Shown: piece by piece, positions 1 through 10,021 of the stretch
How the letters are laid out: each line of letters opens with the position of its first letter
How positions within the stretch are numbered: the stretch's first letter is position 1
Assembly: GCA_036398925.1 (NCBI GenBank)
Contig: DASWOB010000022.1
Coordinates: 53,244-117,243, forward strand
Reading direction: 5' to 3'
Source of the DNA: Thermoanaerobaculia bacterium
GTDB taxonomy: Bacteria; Acidobacteriota; Thermoanaerobaculia; Gp7-AA8
DNA length: 64,000 bases
The notes under the pieces: generated by a model
What the model was told of the DNA's origin: nothing
The model's database searches: none
What the model saw: only the letters and a program-made list of their open reading frames with translations
Made by a program: the position numbers and the translations under genes

Positions 1-2403
1 CTGGTGGTTGCCGTTCGTGAGGCGGAACTCGTCGGCGCCGGCGAGGACGTTGCCCTCGACTTCGGACAGCGTGTAGAAGCCCTGCATCTCGAGGCGGTCG
101 TTCATCCGGGCGCGGAAGCCGAGGTTGAGGCCGTTGTAGTCCGCCTCACCGTCGCCGATCCACATACGGTTGTTGTTGTTGATGCCGAGGGCCGCGAAAC
201 GGCGCGAGGTCATCGGGGTGCCGTTGTTGTCGAGGAAGCCGTTGTACCGGAAGCGGTACGGGATGTCGCGGTACTCGATGTGGCTGACGTCGACGTTGAC
301 GCCGAGCCAGCTGGTCAGCTCGGTCGCGTAGCCGAGCGAGATCTGATCGGAGTACGGGGTATTGGTGATCGACGGGTGCGCGACGTTGGCCGGCAGGGCG
401 CCTTCGAGCGGCGTCTCACCACCCGGGGGGAGCGGCTGTCCCGGCTGGAAGAAGGTGCCGTCCGGGTTGCGGATGCCGTTCGGATCCGAGAGGTTGTAGA
501 TCGTGCCGAAGTTCGACAGAACCGCCTCGGCCGGGAAGAGGATGGTGGCGTTGGTGTACGGGAAGTCGTAGTAACGACCGAGACCGCCACGGAGCACGTG
601 CTTGCTGTCGGGGGTCAGGTTGTAGCTGAAGCCGAGACGCGGGGCGATGTTGTTCGTGTCGTTCTCGAGCTGTCCGTCCCAACCTTTGAACGCCTCGAGG
701 TAGTAGGCGTCGTTGTACTGGTTCTGGGTCGAGAGGATCTGCAGCACCGGGTTGGTGCTCTGATCGAGATCGAAGCCGGTCCAGAGGTCGTAGCGGAGAC
801 CGGCGTTGATGGTCAGGCGCGGGTTGATCTCGATGTCGTCCTGGAAGTAGTAGCTGTACTGGTCGACGGGGGTGGAGAAGCCGGCGAAGCCGCCGTTCAC
901 CGTGATGTTGGTGACGGGCGAGCCGAGGCGGTCTTCCATCAGGGTGTACTGGCCGGCCAGACCGGTGGTGAAGCTGCCACCGAGAATCGGCTCGTGGATC
1001 CACTGCGCGCCGGTCTTGAAGTCGTGACGGCGGCCGCCGAAGGTCGAGCTCCAGGAGAAGTCATTCTTGAACTGCGACTTTTCCTGGTTCGTGGTCTGCG
1101 GGGTGTTGGCGTTCTGGCCGAGGGTCACGCCGCTCGGGAAGGTGATGGCGGGATCGTCGGAGTCGGCGGTGATGGCGTTGTTGAACTTCGTCCACTGGTA
1201 GACGAAGTCGTTCACGCGCGAGCCGCCGAGCGTCCAGGTGTGACCGAGGAGGTACGACTCGTACTCGTTGGTGAGGGTGCCGAGCGAGGACGGCAGCGAG
1301 AGCGAGCCCGCGCCGTATTTGTCGGCGTTCTTCTGGTAGCCGTAGCGGACCTGAAGGAACTGATCGGCGGAGATGTTGACCGTGCCCTTGGCGGTGATCA
1401 GCTTGTCGGTGAAGGGGATGGGAACGGCGTCGCCGTCGAACTCCGGCAGGATGCCGTCGGTGTTGATGATGTAGGAGGAGGGACGCTCGGTCTCTTCGTA
1501 GGTGGCGAAGAAGTGAGCGCGATCGCGAACGATCGGGCCGCCGAGGGAGCCGCCCCACTGCTTGCGCTCGTACTCGGCCTTCTCGCCGCCGCCGATGCGC
1601 TCCGACTCGGTGATCGAGTTGAGGCGGTCGTCGCGGAAGAAGCCGTACGCGCTGCCGGCGAACTCGTTGGTGCCGGTCTTGGTGACGACCGAAAGAACGC
1701 CGCCCGACGAACGGCCGTACTCGGCCTTGTAGGACTGCGTCTGGATCGTGAACTCCTGCACCGCTTCGAGGTTGAAGTTCTGCAGCGCGCCACCGATGGT
1801 GTCGTCGGTGTTGTCGCCGCCGTCAACCTGGAAGTTGATGTTGCGGCCGATGCCGCCGTTGAGGGCGATGGTGAGCTGGCCCGGCTTGGTCGGGTCGGCG
1901 TTGTAGTTCAGCTGCGTGCCCGGCGCGAGCGTGCCGAGGTTCGCGAACTGGCGGCCGTTGAGCGGAAGGTTCTCGAGCTCTTCCTGGCTGACGGTCGTGC
2001 CGATGGCCGGAGCGGTGGCCACGAGCGGCGCGTCGGCCGTGACGGTGATCGATTCCTTGATCGCGGCCTGCGTCAGCTTGACGTCGAGGTCACGGGTACG
2101 GGCGACGTTCAGGACGACGTCCGTGGTGTCGACCGCGCCGAAGCCCGACAGCTCGGCGTGCACGGTGTAGGTGCCGGCCGGAAGGCTGGGGAAACGGTAC
2201 GAGCCGTCCGCTTCGGTGACGGTCGTGCGGCTCAGACCGGTGGCGTTGTTCGTGGCGGTGACGGTGACGCCGGGAAGAGCAGCGCCGGTCTCGTCGAGCA
2301 CGCGGCCGGTGAGGATCGCGTTACTGCCCTGAGCCAGGGCCACCGTGGTGATGGAAAGGAGTAGGAAGCAAAGCAGCAGGATGCGCTGCGGCCGTGAAGA
2401 CAT
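1..2403 (-). CDS. TonB-dependent outer-membrane receptor with a carboxypeptidase-regulatory-like N-terminal domain (start complete; C-terminal part lies beyond the window start)
   Basis: Hand translation of the minus strand from the ATG at 2401-2403 gives MSSRPQRILLLCFLLLSITTVALAQGSNAILTGRVLDETGAALPGVTVTATNNATGLSRTTVTEADGSYRFPSLPAGTYTVHAELSGFG... There is a signal peptide, then a CarbopepD_reg-like domain, then Gly/Asn/Tyr/Asp-rich plug/barrel-like sequence. It is absent from the ORF track because it runs off the window edge. The 786-aa plus-strand ORF 4..2364 is its antisense shadow. An SD-like gaggggg precedes the ATG. Confidence 0.8.
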   Translation of the reverse strand, partial: MSSRPQRILLLCFLLLSITTVALAQGSNAILTGRVLDETGAALPGVTVTATNNATGLSRTTVTEADGSYRFPSLPAGTYTVHAELSGFGAVDTTDVVLNVARTRDLDVKLTQAAIKESITVTADAPLVATAPAIGTTVSQEELENLPLNGRQFANLGTLAPGTQLNYNADPTKPGQLTIALNGGIGRNINFQVDGGDNTDDTIGGALQNFNLEAVQEFTIQTQSYKAEYGRSSGGVLSVVTKTGTNEFAGSAYGFFRDDRLNSITESERIGGGEKAEYERKQWGGSLGGPIVRDRAHFFATYEETERPSSYIINTDGILPEFDGDAVPIPFTDKLITAKGTVNISADQFLQVRYGYQKNADKYGAGSLSLPSSLGTLTNEYESYLLGHTWTLGGSRVNDFVYQWTKFNNAITADSDDPAITFPSGVTLGQNANTPQTTNQEKSQFKNDFSWSSTFGGRRHDFKTGAQWIHEPILGGSFTTGLAGQYTLMEDRLGSPVTNITVNGGFAGFSTPVDQYSYYFQDDIEINPRLTINAGLRYDLWTGFDLDQSTNPVLQILSTQNQYNDAYYLEAFKGWDGQLENDTNNIAPRLGFSYNLTPDSKHVLRGGLGRYYDFPYTNATILFPAEAVLSNFGTIYNLSDPNGIRNPDGTFFQPGQPLPPGGETPLEGALPANVAHPSITNTPYSDQISLGYATELTSWLGVNVDVSHIEYRDIPYRFRYNGFLDNNGTPMTSRRFAALGINNNNRMWIGDGEADYNGLNLGFRARMNDRLEMQGFYTLSEVEGNVLAGADEFRLTNGNHQ

Positions 2404-2511
2404 ATAGAACCCCCTCGCTAAATTGTGCCGATGTCGTTAGCCGCACTATAGAGGAAAAGGCTGAGGCGGGGGGAGCGGGGACCGGTTACATTCAGGTGCC
2501 CGACTGAAAAA

Positions 2512-4512
2512 TCAGCGGCTTCGGATGCCGGCCAGCAGGGTCCGCGCGGCGGCCCGTTGTTCTTCAGGAGCGGCGCTTTTCAACAGCGCTTCGTATTGCG
2601 CGGCCGCTTCCTGCACTCTTCCGGATTCCTGCAGGGCGATGCCGAGATTGAGCCGCGCTTTGTGGAAATCAGGCTGCAGGCGGATGGCCGTTTCGAAGGA
2701 GCGAACCGCTTCCGCGGGGCGTCGGCTCTGCACGAGGATGACGCCCAGTCCATTGTGCGGATCGGCGTAATTCGGCGACAGCTCGATCGCCTTCCGGTAC
2801 GCCGTCGCCGCGTCGCCGACGTTGGCGAGCGCACGCAGCGCGTTGCCGGCGTTGTTCCATCCGCGCGCATCGCGGGGATCGAGCTCGGTGGCGCGGCGGA
2901 AGGCATTCGCGGCAGCCTGCGCGTCGCCGCGCTGGATGAGGATCACCCCGATCGCGTTCTGCGTCGCCGCGCGCAGTGGGTCGAGCCGCGCCGATTCGGT
3001 GAGGGCCGCCAGCGCTTCATCGAGCTCGTTCGCTTCGGTCAGGGCAACACCGAGGTTGTACCAGGCGTCGGCGTCGGCCGGTGCGAGGGCGACCGTTCCG
3101 CGAAGGAGATCGACGGCGCTCTCGTTCTGCCCACCGTCGCGCTGCAGGCGCGCCAGGGCGGAGCGGAAGACCGGATTGTAGGGATCGCGGCGGACGAGAT
3201 TTTCGAGAACCGGAATGGACGTCCGTCCTCGCTCGAATTCGGTGAAGAGCGCGACCATCGCCTTCGGATCGGGACGCGTGGCGCGCCCCTGGACCGGCTG
3301 CGGCGAGACATAGCCGAGGCTCTCGAGCTTGCGGCGGGTCTCCTCGTCGACGCGCACGGCGGCCGGTACGACGGCGGTCTGGCGGATGGCGGTGAGGCGC
3401 GGAAGGAGCTCGCGCGCGGTGCGGCGTTCGTTGCTGATGACGTTGCGGATCTCGCGGGGATCGCCGGCGAGGTCGTAGAGCTCGGGATACGGCGCGCTGA
3501 TGACTTTCGTGTTCCTGTTGCGCAGCGAGGCGAGCTCGTTCCACCCGAATGTCAGCGGGTATTGCGTCTCCGCGTAAAGATCGACGGACGGAAGCGACTC
3601 GGCCAATACGTTGCGGCCGTCGACTTTGGGGAACTCGATCTCCAGCAGCGCGGCGACGGTCGGCGCGAGATCGACGGAGCTGACCGGCTCGCGCACGACG
3701 CGCGGTTCGACGTCCGGGGCGGCGATCAGCATCGGAACGTGGAGGGTGGACTGATAGAGAAGGAGGCCGTGCGTCCCTTCGCCGTGCTCGCCGAGCCCTT
3801 CGCCGTGATCGCCGACCACGATGACGATCGTGTTCTTCGTGTCGATCGCGCTGAGCAGCCGGCCGAGCTGCTGATCGACGTAGGCCACTTCGCCGTCGTA
3901 CGTCTGCGGATGCGGCGCGGGCGGCGCGTACGGCGCGTGCGCGTCCCACAGGTGCACCCAGGCAAACGAGGGCTGCTCGCTCGCCCCACCGAGCCACGCC
4001 ACTGCCCGGTCGACGACCGCATCGGCGCGACGCGCCGCCTCCAGCGAAACGTCGCCGCTCGAATCGCGCGGAATCTCGTCGTCGTACGTGTCGAAGCCGC
4101 GATCGAGACCGAAACGGTGATCGAGCACGAATGCGCCGACAAAGGCCGCGGTGCGATAGCCGTTGCGGGAGAGCGTCGTGGCGAGCGTTTCGCGGTCGGC
4201 CGGAAACGTTCCGGCGCCGTTGTTGCGCAATCCGTGATGGAGCGGGAGAAGGCCCGAAAGAATGCTCGCGTGCGCGGGCAACGTCAGTGGAACGGGCGAC
4301 TGCGCCTGCTCGAAACGAACGCCTTGCGCCGCGAGCCGGGAGAGATTCGGCGTCGTCGCGCGATCGGCCCGGAAGGTATCGAGCGTGATCAGTACGACGT
4401 TGTACTTTGGCGTTTCACGGGCGCACGCGGCGAGAAGGAGGAGCAGCGCGAGAAACGAACGATGAACGATGAAGGATGAGCGATGAACGGAGCGAGGCCA
4501 ATCCCAGTTCAT
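2512..4512 (-). CDS. Sulfatase-family hydrolase (alkaline-phosphatase superfamily) fused to C-terminal TPR repeats; probable lipoprotein (lipobox LAAC)
   Basis: 666-aa ORF. The N-terminus has NVVLITLDTFRAD and a later GDHGE motif typical of sulfatase/AP-superfamily enzymes. The C-terminal roughly 250 aa are TPR-like (AWYNLG, NAGNAL, NGLGVIL). The signal peptide ends LLLLLAACA. The start codon is embedded in a 30-bp inverted repeat (see feature 4462-4540). Confidence 0.8.
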   Translation of the reverse strand: MNWDWPRSVHRSSFIVHRSFLALLLLLAACARETPKYNVVLITLDTFRADRATTPNLSRLAAQGVRFEQAQSPVPLTLPAHASILSGLLPLHHGLRNNGAGTFPADRETLATTLSRNGYRTAAFVGAFVLDHRFGLDRGFDTYDDEIPRDSSGDVSLEAARRADAVVDRAVAWLGGASEQPSFAWVHLWDAHAPYAPPAPHPQTYDGEVAYVDQQLGRLLSAIDTKNTIVIVVGDHGEGLGEHGEGTHGLLLYQSTLHVPMLIAAPDVEPRVVREPVSSVDLAPTVAALLEIEFPKVDGRNVLAESLPSVDLYAETQYPLTFGWNELASLRNRNTKVISAPYPELYDLAGDPREIRNVISNERRTARELLPRLTAIRQTAVVPAAVRVDEETRRKLESLGYVSPQPVQGRATRPDPKAMVALFTEFERGRTSIPVLENLVRRDPYNPVFRSALARLQRDGGQNESAVDLLRGTVALAPADADAWYNLGVALTEANELDEALAALTESARLDPLRAATQNAIGVILIQRGDAQAAANAFRRATELDPRDARGWNNAGNALRALANVGDAATAYRKAIELSPNYADPHNGLGVILVQSRRPAEAVRSFETAIRLQPDFHKARLNLGIALQESGRVQEAAAQYEALLKSAAPEEQRAAARTLLAGIRSR

Positions 4513-4540
4513 CGTTCATCCTTCATCGTTCATCGTTGAT
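4462..4540. repeat. 30-bp near-perfect inverted repeat (hairpin) made of GAACGATGAA-type microrepeats at the pccB/sulfatase junction
   Basis: 4462-4491 is aacgatgaacgatgaaggatgagcgatgaa. 4508-4537 is ttcatcgttcatccttcatcgttcatcgtt. The second is the exact reverse complement of the first with one mismatch. The loop is about 16 nt. It sits directly after the pccB stop (4541) and contains the sulfatase ATG at 4510-4512. Confidence 0.75.
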
Positions 4541-6067
4541 CTACAGCGGGATGTTGCCGTGTTTTTTCGGCGGGTTCTTGTCGCGTTTGTTGCGCAGCAT
4601 GGCGAACGTGGTGATCAGCTTGCGGCGGGTGAAACGCGGCTCGATGATCTCGTCGACGTAGCCACGCTCGGCGGCGATGTAGGGGTTGGCGAATTTCTCT
4701 TTGTACTCCGCGACCTTGGCCTCGCGATCGCTGGCACCGCGATAGAGGATGTTCACAGCCCCTTCGGCGCCCATAACGGCGATCTCGGCGGTCGGGTACG
4801 CGAAGTTCATGTCCGCGCGGATGTGCTTCGAGTTCATGACGCAGTACGCGCCGCCGTAGGCCTTGCGGGTGATGACCGTGACCTTCGGGACGGTTGCTTC
4901 GGCGAGCGAATAGAGCAGCTTTGCGCCATGAATGATGATGCCGCCGTACTCCTGCGCCGTTCCGGGCAGAAATCCCGGCACGTCTTCGAAGACCAGCAGC
5001 GGGATGTTGAAGGCGTCGCAGAAACGAACGAAGCGCGCGCCTTTGCGCGACGCGTCGATGTCGAGGACCCCCGCGAGAAAGGCGGGCTGGTTGGCGACGA
5101 TGCCGATCGACTGGCCGTTGAGGCGGATGAAGCCGACCACGATGTTACGGGCGTAGTGCTGGTGCACCTCGAGGAAGTGCGATTCGTCGGCGATTGTGGT
5201 GATCAGCTCGCGGATGTCGTACGGCTGGTTGGGGCTCTCGGGGATGAAGGAGTCGAGCTGGGTGTCGACGCGATTGACGTCGTCTTTGGTAGCAACGCGC
5301 GGCGCCTCCTCCATGTTGTTGGACGGCATGTAGGAGAGGAGCTCGCGAATCAGCGCGATGCAATCCTCGTCCGATTCGGCGGCGAAGCTGGCCACGCCCG
5401 AGACCTGGTTATGAGTGTCGGCGCCGCCGAGCTTTTCCTTCGTCACCTCTTCGTGCGTGACAGTCTTGATGACGTCTGGACCGGTGACGAACATGTAGCT
5501 CGTCTTTTTCACCATCAGGATGAAGTCGGTGATGGCGGGCGAATAAACGGCCCCGCCGGCGCACGGCCCCATGATCGCGGAGATCTGCGGTACGACGCCC
5601 GAGGCGAGCGTGTTGCGGAGGAAGATGTCGGCATAGCCGCCGAGGGAGACAACGCCCTCCTGGATGCGCGCGCCGCCTGAGTCGTTCAGGCCGACCACCG
5701 GCGCGCCGTTCTTCATCGCCAGATCCATGATCTTGACGATCTTCGCGGCGTGCGTTTCGGAGAGTGAACCGCCGAAGACCGTGAAGTCCTGCGCGAAGGC
5801 GTAGACCAGGCGGCCCTGAATCGTGCCGTAGCCGGTGATGACACCGTCGCCGGGGACGCGCTGTTTTTCGAGGCCAAAGTCGGTGGAGCGGTGGGTGACG
5901 AGCTGATCGAGCTCCTGGAACGAACCGGGATCGAAGAGGAGGCTGATGCGCTCGCGCGCGGTCAGTTTTCCTTCATTGTGCTGGCGGTCGATGCGGGCCT
6001 GACCGCCGCCCATCTCGCTTTCGGCTTTGCGGCGCTCGAGCTCTTGCAGTTTTTCTTCGCGTGACAT
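4541..6067 (-). CDS. pccB: Propionyl-CoA / acyl-CoA carboxylase carboxyltransferase (beta) subunit
   Basis: 508-aa ORF with full-length similarity to the PccB/AccD5 carboxyltransferase family. Motifs include [31 protein letters not shown] and [13 protein letters not shown]. Confidence 0.9.
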   Translation of the reverse strand: MSREEKLQELERRKAESEMGGGQARIDRQHNEGKLTARERISLLFDPGSFQELDQLVTHRSTDFGLEKQRVPGDGVITGYGTIQGRLVYAFAQDFTVFGGSLSETHAAKIVKIMDLAMKNGAPVVGLNDSGGARIQEGVVSLGGYADIFLRNTLASGVVPQISAIMGPCAGGAVYSPAITDFILMVKKTSYMFVTGPDVIKTVTHEEVTKEKLGGADTHNQVSGVASFAAESDEDCIALIRELLSYMPSNNMEEAPRVATKDDVNRVDTQLDSFIPESPNQPYDIRELITTIADESHFLEVHQHYARNIVVGFIRLNGQSIGIVANQPAFLAGVLDIDASRKGARFVRFCDAFNIPLLVFEDVPGFLPGTAQEYGGIIIHGAKLLYSLAEATVPKVTVITRKAYGGAYCVMNSKHIRADMNFAYPTAEIAVMGAEGAVNILYRGASDREAKVAEYKEKFANPYIAAERGYVDEIIEPRFTRRKLITTFAMLRNKRDKNPPKKHGNIPL

Positions 6068-6073
6068 TCGGCC

Positions 6074-6337
6074 CTACAGGATGAAGTTGCGCTCGGCGGC
6101 GATGCGGCGCATTTCGCTCCACAGTTCTTCTTCGCTCGCCTTCTTTTTCACCCGGCCCCGCGCTTCGAGCTCGATCGCGTCGGCGATCGCGAAGTTGTCG
6201 GCGAGGGTGCGCGTGACGACCAGAATCGCGGCCTCCGCGTCACCGAAGTCGATGACCCCGCGGTCTTCGAGCCGGTTGACGAGGGAGCGGGCGAGGAACT
6301 CGGTACGTTTGTCGTTGGCGCTCACGACCCGGCGCAT
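6074..6337 (-). CDS. Hypothetical small protein (87 aa) immediately upstream of pccB
   Basis: The ORF is co-oriented with pccB and 6 nt from it, and its start overlaps the stop of the upstream ORF by 1 nt (operon context). I recognise no family. Confidence 0.35.
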   Translation of the reverse strand: MRRVVSANDKRTEFLARSLVNRLEDRGVIDFGDAEAAILVVTRTLADNFAIADAIELEARGRVKKKASEEELWSEMRRIAAERNFIL

Positions 6338-7137
6338 TAAAGCATCATCTCCCCGCCGAAGGAACCCGCTCCATAGGGATAGAACGACAGAGCGGTTCCG
6401 ACGGCTCGCGGTGGTGTGATGCGGATGGTGGCGGGCCAGGCTTTCCGGCCGTCGTCGATGAGGACGTGCAGCGTGGGGCCGTGCGGCGGCGCGAGAAGGG
6501 CGATCGCGCGCGGGGCATCTTCAAGCTCATGACTGTGGCAGCGCGGCGCCAGGTGCATCGGGACGCGCAGCGGACGGACGCGGTAGCTGGGGCGATACCA
6601 GTTGCTGCCGGGCGTCTCGACGATGGGAAAGCCTTTGCCGTCGACGCCGCCCGGCTTCTGAAGGACCTCCGTCAGTTGCGAGAGGAGCGATTGCGAGACG
6701 AGCGCGGCGGCGACGTTCGGCGCGAGGCGAAGGCGCCGCGGAGTCGCCCCTTCAGCGAGGCGATCGAGCGCGCGGGCGATGCTCTCGATTTCGCCGAGGT
6801 CGAAGCTCGCCTGATCGATCAGCACGCGAAAGCGATGGCCGATGGCGAGGTGAATCCGCTCGCTGCGCTCGCTCCACTGGCGTCCGTCGCAATCGTGTTC
6901 CGCCTCCCCTTCCGCGACGATCAGACGCTCGATGGCATGCGGCGCCACGATCGCGCGGATGCGGTTGGCCACGTCACTGACGGTTTCGGCGTGCGGCGGC
7001 AGAGCGGACGCTTGCGGATCGGGACGACAGGTAAAGGTCTCGCCGTCATCGATCGCGATCCCGCTCTCCACCACCCGCACGACCACGCCGTTCTCCCACC
7101 GCACTACCCGACCGGCCTTGCGATAGATCTCGCTCAT
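6337..7137 (-). CDS. Hypothetical protein (266 aa), possible partner of the upstream TldD-like protein
   Basis: 266-aa ORF in an operon. It has a 4-nt ATGA overlap with the upstream HExxxH protein and a 1-nt overlap with the downstream small ORF. It ends GAGSFGGEMML. No recognisable motif otherwise. Confidence 0.35.
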   Translation of the reverse strand: MSEIYRKAGRVVRWENGVVVRVVESGIAIDDGETFTCRPDPQASALPPHAETVSDVANRIRAIVAPHAIERLIVAEGEAEHDCDGRQWSERSERIHLAIGHRFRVLIDQASFDLGEIESIARALDRLAEGATPRRLRLAPNVAAALVSQSLLSQLTEVLQKPGGVDGKGFPIVETPGSNWYRPSYRVRPLRVPMHLAPRCHSHELEDAPRAIALLAPPHGPTLHVLIDDGRKAWPATIRITPPRAVGTALSFYPYGAGSFGGEMML

Positions 7138-7961
7138 CGGAAGCTCGTGGTCATTACCGGCGCATACGATCCGACGATCAGCTCCTGCCCTTCGGACGAA
7201 CAGACCACACCGGGATAGCGCAACGGCTCGCCATCCGCGCCGTGGAAGACGATGTCGCTCCGCTTGACGCTGATGGTGAAGGGCGCCAGCGCCTCGCCGT
7301 CCAGCGACGCCGCGGCCACAGACAACGTGATCGTGTCATCGAGCACTTCGTAGTAGCCACCGTCGAGCAGTTCCACCTCGATGAATTGCGCCGGCAGCGC
7401 AAACGGCGCGTCGTGCTGCGTGACGGTGAGGGTGGTCATGCGGCGCAGGGGAACATCGCGGAACGACTCGCGGCGCCACGCCAGCGGGACGTCGACGGTC
7501 AGCCATTCCGGAAGATCGAGCGGAGGCAGATCGCGCTCGAGTGGATGGCCAACGGCTTCGTGCAGCAGCACCGCGGCGGAACCGTTGCGCCAGACCAGCG
7601 GCAGCTCGCGCCAGGGAGCTTCGCGGGTACCGCGACGTTCCGGGATCAACGACAGGTCGTGCGCGAAGTGGCCGGGAGTGGTGACGACAGAGATGCCGTT
7701 GTGGGTAACGATCAGCGCGAGGGAGGTTTCATCGGTGGTGGCGCGGCCGACGATGCGGAGTTTCCGGAGTGGTGAGAGCGGTGGCGTCGCCACCGCAGTC
7801 CAGATCGTGTCGAGGCGCGCCAGGAGCTCTTCGTCAGGCGCATCACTCGCTTCGATTACGTCCCTGTCGCGATCGGCGATGCCGTGCATCAATCGCGATT
7901 CCACCAGACGGCCGCCGACCCAGAGCTCCTCGCGCGCGGCGATCGCGAACCGGTCGCTCAA
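7134..7961 (-). CDS. TldD/PmbA-like putative zinc metalloprotease (HExxxH motif HEAVGH), unusually short
   Basis: 275-aa ORF containing LLHEAVGHPLERD. The TldD active site is HExxxH (E. coli CHEAVGHGLE). TldD/PmbA proteins are about 450-480 aa, so this is a compact or diverged version. It overlaps the Ser/Thr kinase stop by 4 nt (ATGA). Confidence 0.4.
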   Translation of the reverse strand: MSDRFAIAAREELWVGGRLVESRLMHGIADRDRDVIEASDAPDEELLARLDTIWTAVATPPLSPLRKLRIVGRATTDETSLALIVTHNGISVVTTPGHFAHDLSLIPERRGTREAPWRELPLVWRNGSAAVLLHEAVGHPLERDLPPLDLPEWLTVDVPLAWRRESFRDVPLRRMTTLTVTQHDAPFALPAQFIEVELLDGGYYEVLDDTITLSVAAASLDGEALAPFTISVKRSDIVFHGADGEPLRYPGVVCSSEGQELIVGSYAPVMTTSFR

Positions 7962-10021
7962 TTGATGTCGTACGTGAAGCGTTTGCTCGCTTCGTCGTAG
8001 CGGATGCTGAGGCGCTGGGAGCTGCCTGGGTTGAAGCGGACGGCCTGGATGGAGTGGTGCTCCTGGATGATGCTCGGCACCGTGACCCAGATCTGCACGT
8101 CGGCGTTCTTCGGTTGCAGCTCGCGCGTGATGTTGATCGGGCGGGAGGCGCGTGCCGCGCGGCGGAGGAAGCGCGCCGGCGTTTCGCTGTAGAGCTGTTC
8201 GTTGAGGATCACGTCGCCGCCGACGCGGACGACGATCCGTCCATCCTTGAATGCGTGCTGGAAGAACGTCGTCAGCATGGCCGGTGAGTCGGCCGGCACC
8301 CCGCTGCCGGTATCGGTCGGCGCCGCGGTCACGGTCGGCTGCGCCGCGGTCGAGACGGCGATGCGCGATCCGGCCGTGGTGCGATTGCGGCGCGCCAGCA
8401 GCTTCTGCTCCTCGGCCTGGGCGAGCTTGAGGTACTCCGCCGCCTGCATCGAGTTCGGGTTCAGGTTGAACGACTCCTGAAACTTCGCCGCCGCCTCGGA
8501 GAACTTTTTCTGCTGATAGAGCAGCAGCCCCTCATCGAACCGCTGCTGCGACTGCGTGATCCCGAGGCGCGAGACCTCTTCCTGCTGCCGGATGGCGTTC
8601 AGCTTCTGGAGGATGCCGTTCACGTACGGCGACTTCGGCGCGAGGCGGCTCAGCTCTTCGTATTTGGCGTACGCGTCGGTCACGCGACCCTGACGGAGCA
8701 GCGTGTTCGCCTGCTTGCGGAGGTCGCGCTCGCGCGCGCGCTTCGTTTCCAGCACCGTATCGACCTTCGGGGTCGGCTCGGTCCTGGAGCGAATGCCGAC
8801 GACGGCGCCGAGGAGCGCGGTGACCAGCAGGGCGGTGATGGCAAAGAAGACGGCCGGGCTGAGACGGCGGTGGATCGTGAAACCGGAGAGCGTTCTCCGC
8901 AGACGGTGGCCGATCGGAACGCCGGGCGCTTTCGGCACGGCGGGAGCGGGCGCCGTCTTCGGCGCATGCGGCCGCGTGCTGCCGCCGATCGCGGCCTGGG
9001 CCGGCGTCTCGACGGCGTCGGGGAACGGTACCTCGAGCGTCGGCACGCGCTCGCCGCTCCGATCGCGCGTGACGATCGTCTCTTCGGCGAGCACCGGATC
9101 GGGCGGACGGACCGGCTTCTCGCCACGGATCACCGCGCGGAGTGCATTCGACAGATCGCGTCCGCGCTGGTAGCGCTTGGCCGGATCTTTGGCGAGGCAG
9201 TTCGCGACGACTTCCTCGAAGCCCTCCGGGATCTGGGGGTTGATCTCGTGCAGCGGCGGAAAGGGCTCGTGCACGATCTTGTACGAGATGGAGGTCAGCG
9301 AGTCGCCGCCGAACGGCTTCCGCCGCGTCAGGCACTCGTAGAGGCAGATGCCGAGCGCGAAGAGGTCGGTGCGGCCGTCGACCGGCGCGCCTTTGATCTG
9401 CTCCGGCGCCATGTAGTTCGGCGTGCCGAGGAATTGGCCGGTGGTGGTGAGGTTCGCGGCGCCGCTGGCGATCTTGGCGATGCCGAAGTCGGTGATCTTG
9501 GCGCGGTTGCCCTCGACCAGGATGATGTTGGCCGGCTTCACGTCGCGGTGGACGATCCCCTTCGCGTGGGCGAAATCGAGCGCCTCCGCCACCTGGGCGA
9601 CCAGGTCGGCGATCTGATCGAAGGTCAGGGTGCGGCCCTGCGAGAGTACCTCTTTGAGGTTCGCCCCCTCCACGTACTCCATGGCGATGAAGTTCGTGTT
9701 GGATGGCTCGTCCATCCCGATGTCGTGGACGGTGACGATGGAAGGGTGGTTCAGGATGCCGGCGGCCTGGGCCTCGCGGATGAAGCGCTGCTGGAACTCG
9801 CGCATCTCATCGTCCTCGACGTGCATCGAGGCACGGATGGTCTTCAGCGCGACGAGGCGGCCGATGAGGGGATCTTTGGCGAGGTAGACGATGCCCATCG
9901 CCCCCTTGCCGAGCTCACGAACGACTTCATACCGTCCGAGCTTCAACTGGGAACGTTCTCCGAGGGGGCTGCGGTGACGAGTTTCCGCGCCGGGGTCGAT
10001 GGGAGTCCCATGAGCCGACAA
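7958..10021 (-). CDS. Serine/threonine protein kinase with a transmembrane segment and a C-terminal TPR-like/unknown domain
   Basis: 687-aa ORF. Hanks kinase motifs: GKGAMGIVYLAKD (Gly loop and Lys), HRDVKPANIIL (catalytic loop), DFGIAK and APEQ. There is a TM helix (AVFFAITALLVTALLGAVVGI) and TPR-like repeats after it. Confidence 0.85.
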   Translation of the reverse strand: MSAHGTPIDPGAETRHRSPLGERSQLKLGRYEVVRELGKGAMGIVYLAKDPLIGRLVALKTIRASMHVEDDEMREFQQRFIREAQAAGILNHPSIVTVHDIGMDEPSNTNFIAMEYVEGANLKEVLSQGRTLTFDQIADLVAQVAEALDFAHAKGIVHRDVKPANIILVEGNRAKITDFGIAKIASGAANLTTTGQFLGTPNYMAPEQIKGAPVDGRTDLFALGICLYECLTRRKPFGGDSLTSISYKIVHEPFPPLHEINPQIPEGFEEVVANCLAKDPAKRYQRGRDLSNALRAVIRGEKPVRPPDPVLAEETIVTRDRSGERVPTLEVPFPDAVETPAQAAIGGSTRPHAPKTAPAPAVPKAPGVPIGHRLRRTLSGFTIHRRLSPAVFFAITALLVTALLGAVVGIRSRTEPTPKVDTVLETKRARERDLRKQANTLLRQGRVTDAYAKYEELSRLAPKSPYVNGILQKLNAIRQQEEVSRLGITQSQQRFDEGLLLYQQKKFSEAAAKFQESFNLNPNSMQAAEYLKLAQAEEQKLLARRNRTTAGSRIAVSTAAQPTVTAAPTDTGSGVPADSPAMLTTFFQHAFKDGRIVVRVGGDVILNEQLYSETPARFLRRAARASRPINITRELQPKNADVQIWVTVPSIIQEHHSIQAVRFNPGSSQRLSIRYDEASKRFTYDIN

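Noticed and set aside
4-2364. 786-aa plus-strand ORF (VAVREAELVGAGEDVALD...)
   Set aside because: It is a Val/Ala/Glu/Asp/Gly/Arg-rich antisense shadow in the exactly complementary frame of the minus-strand TonB-dependent receptor gene. That gene was translated by hand and has a signal peptide and coherent domains.
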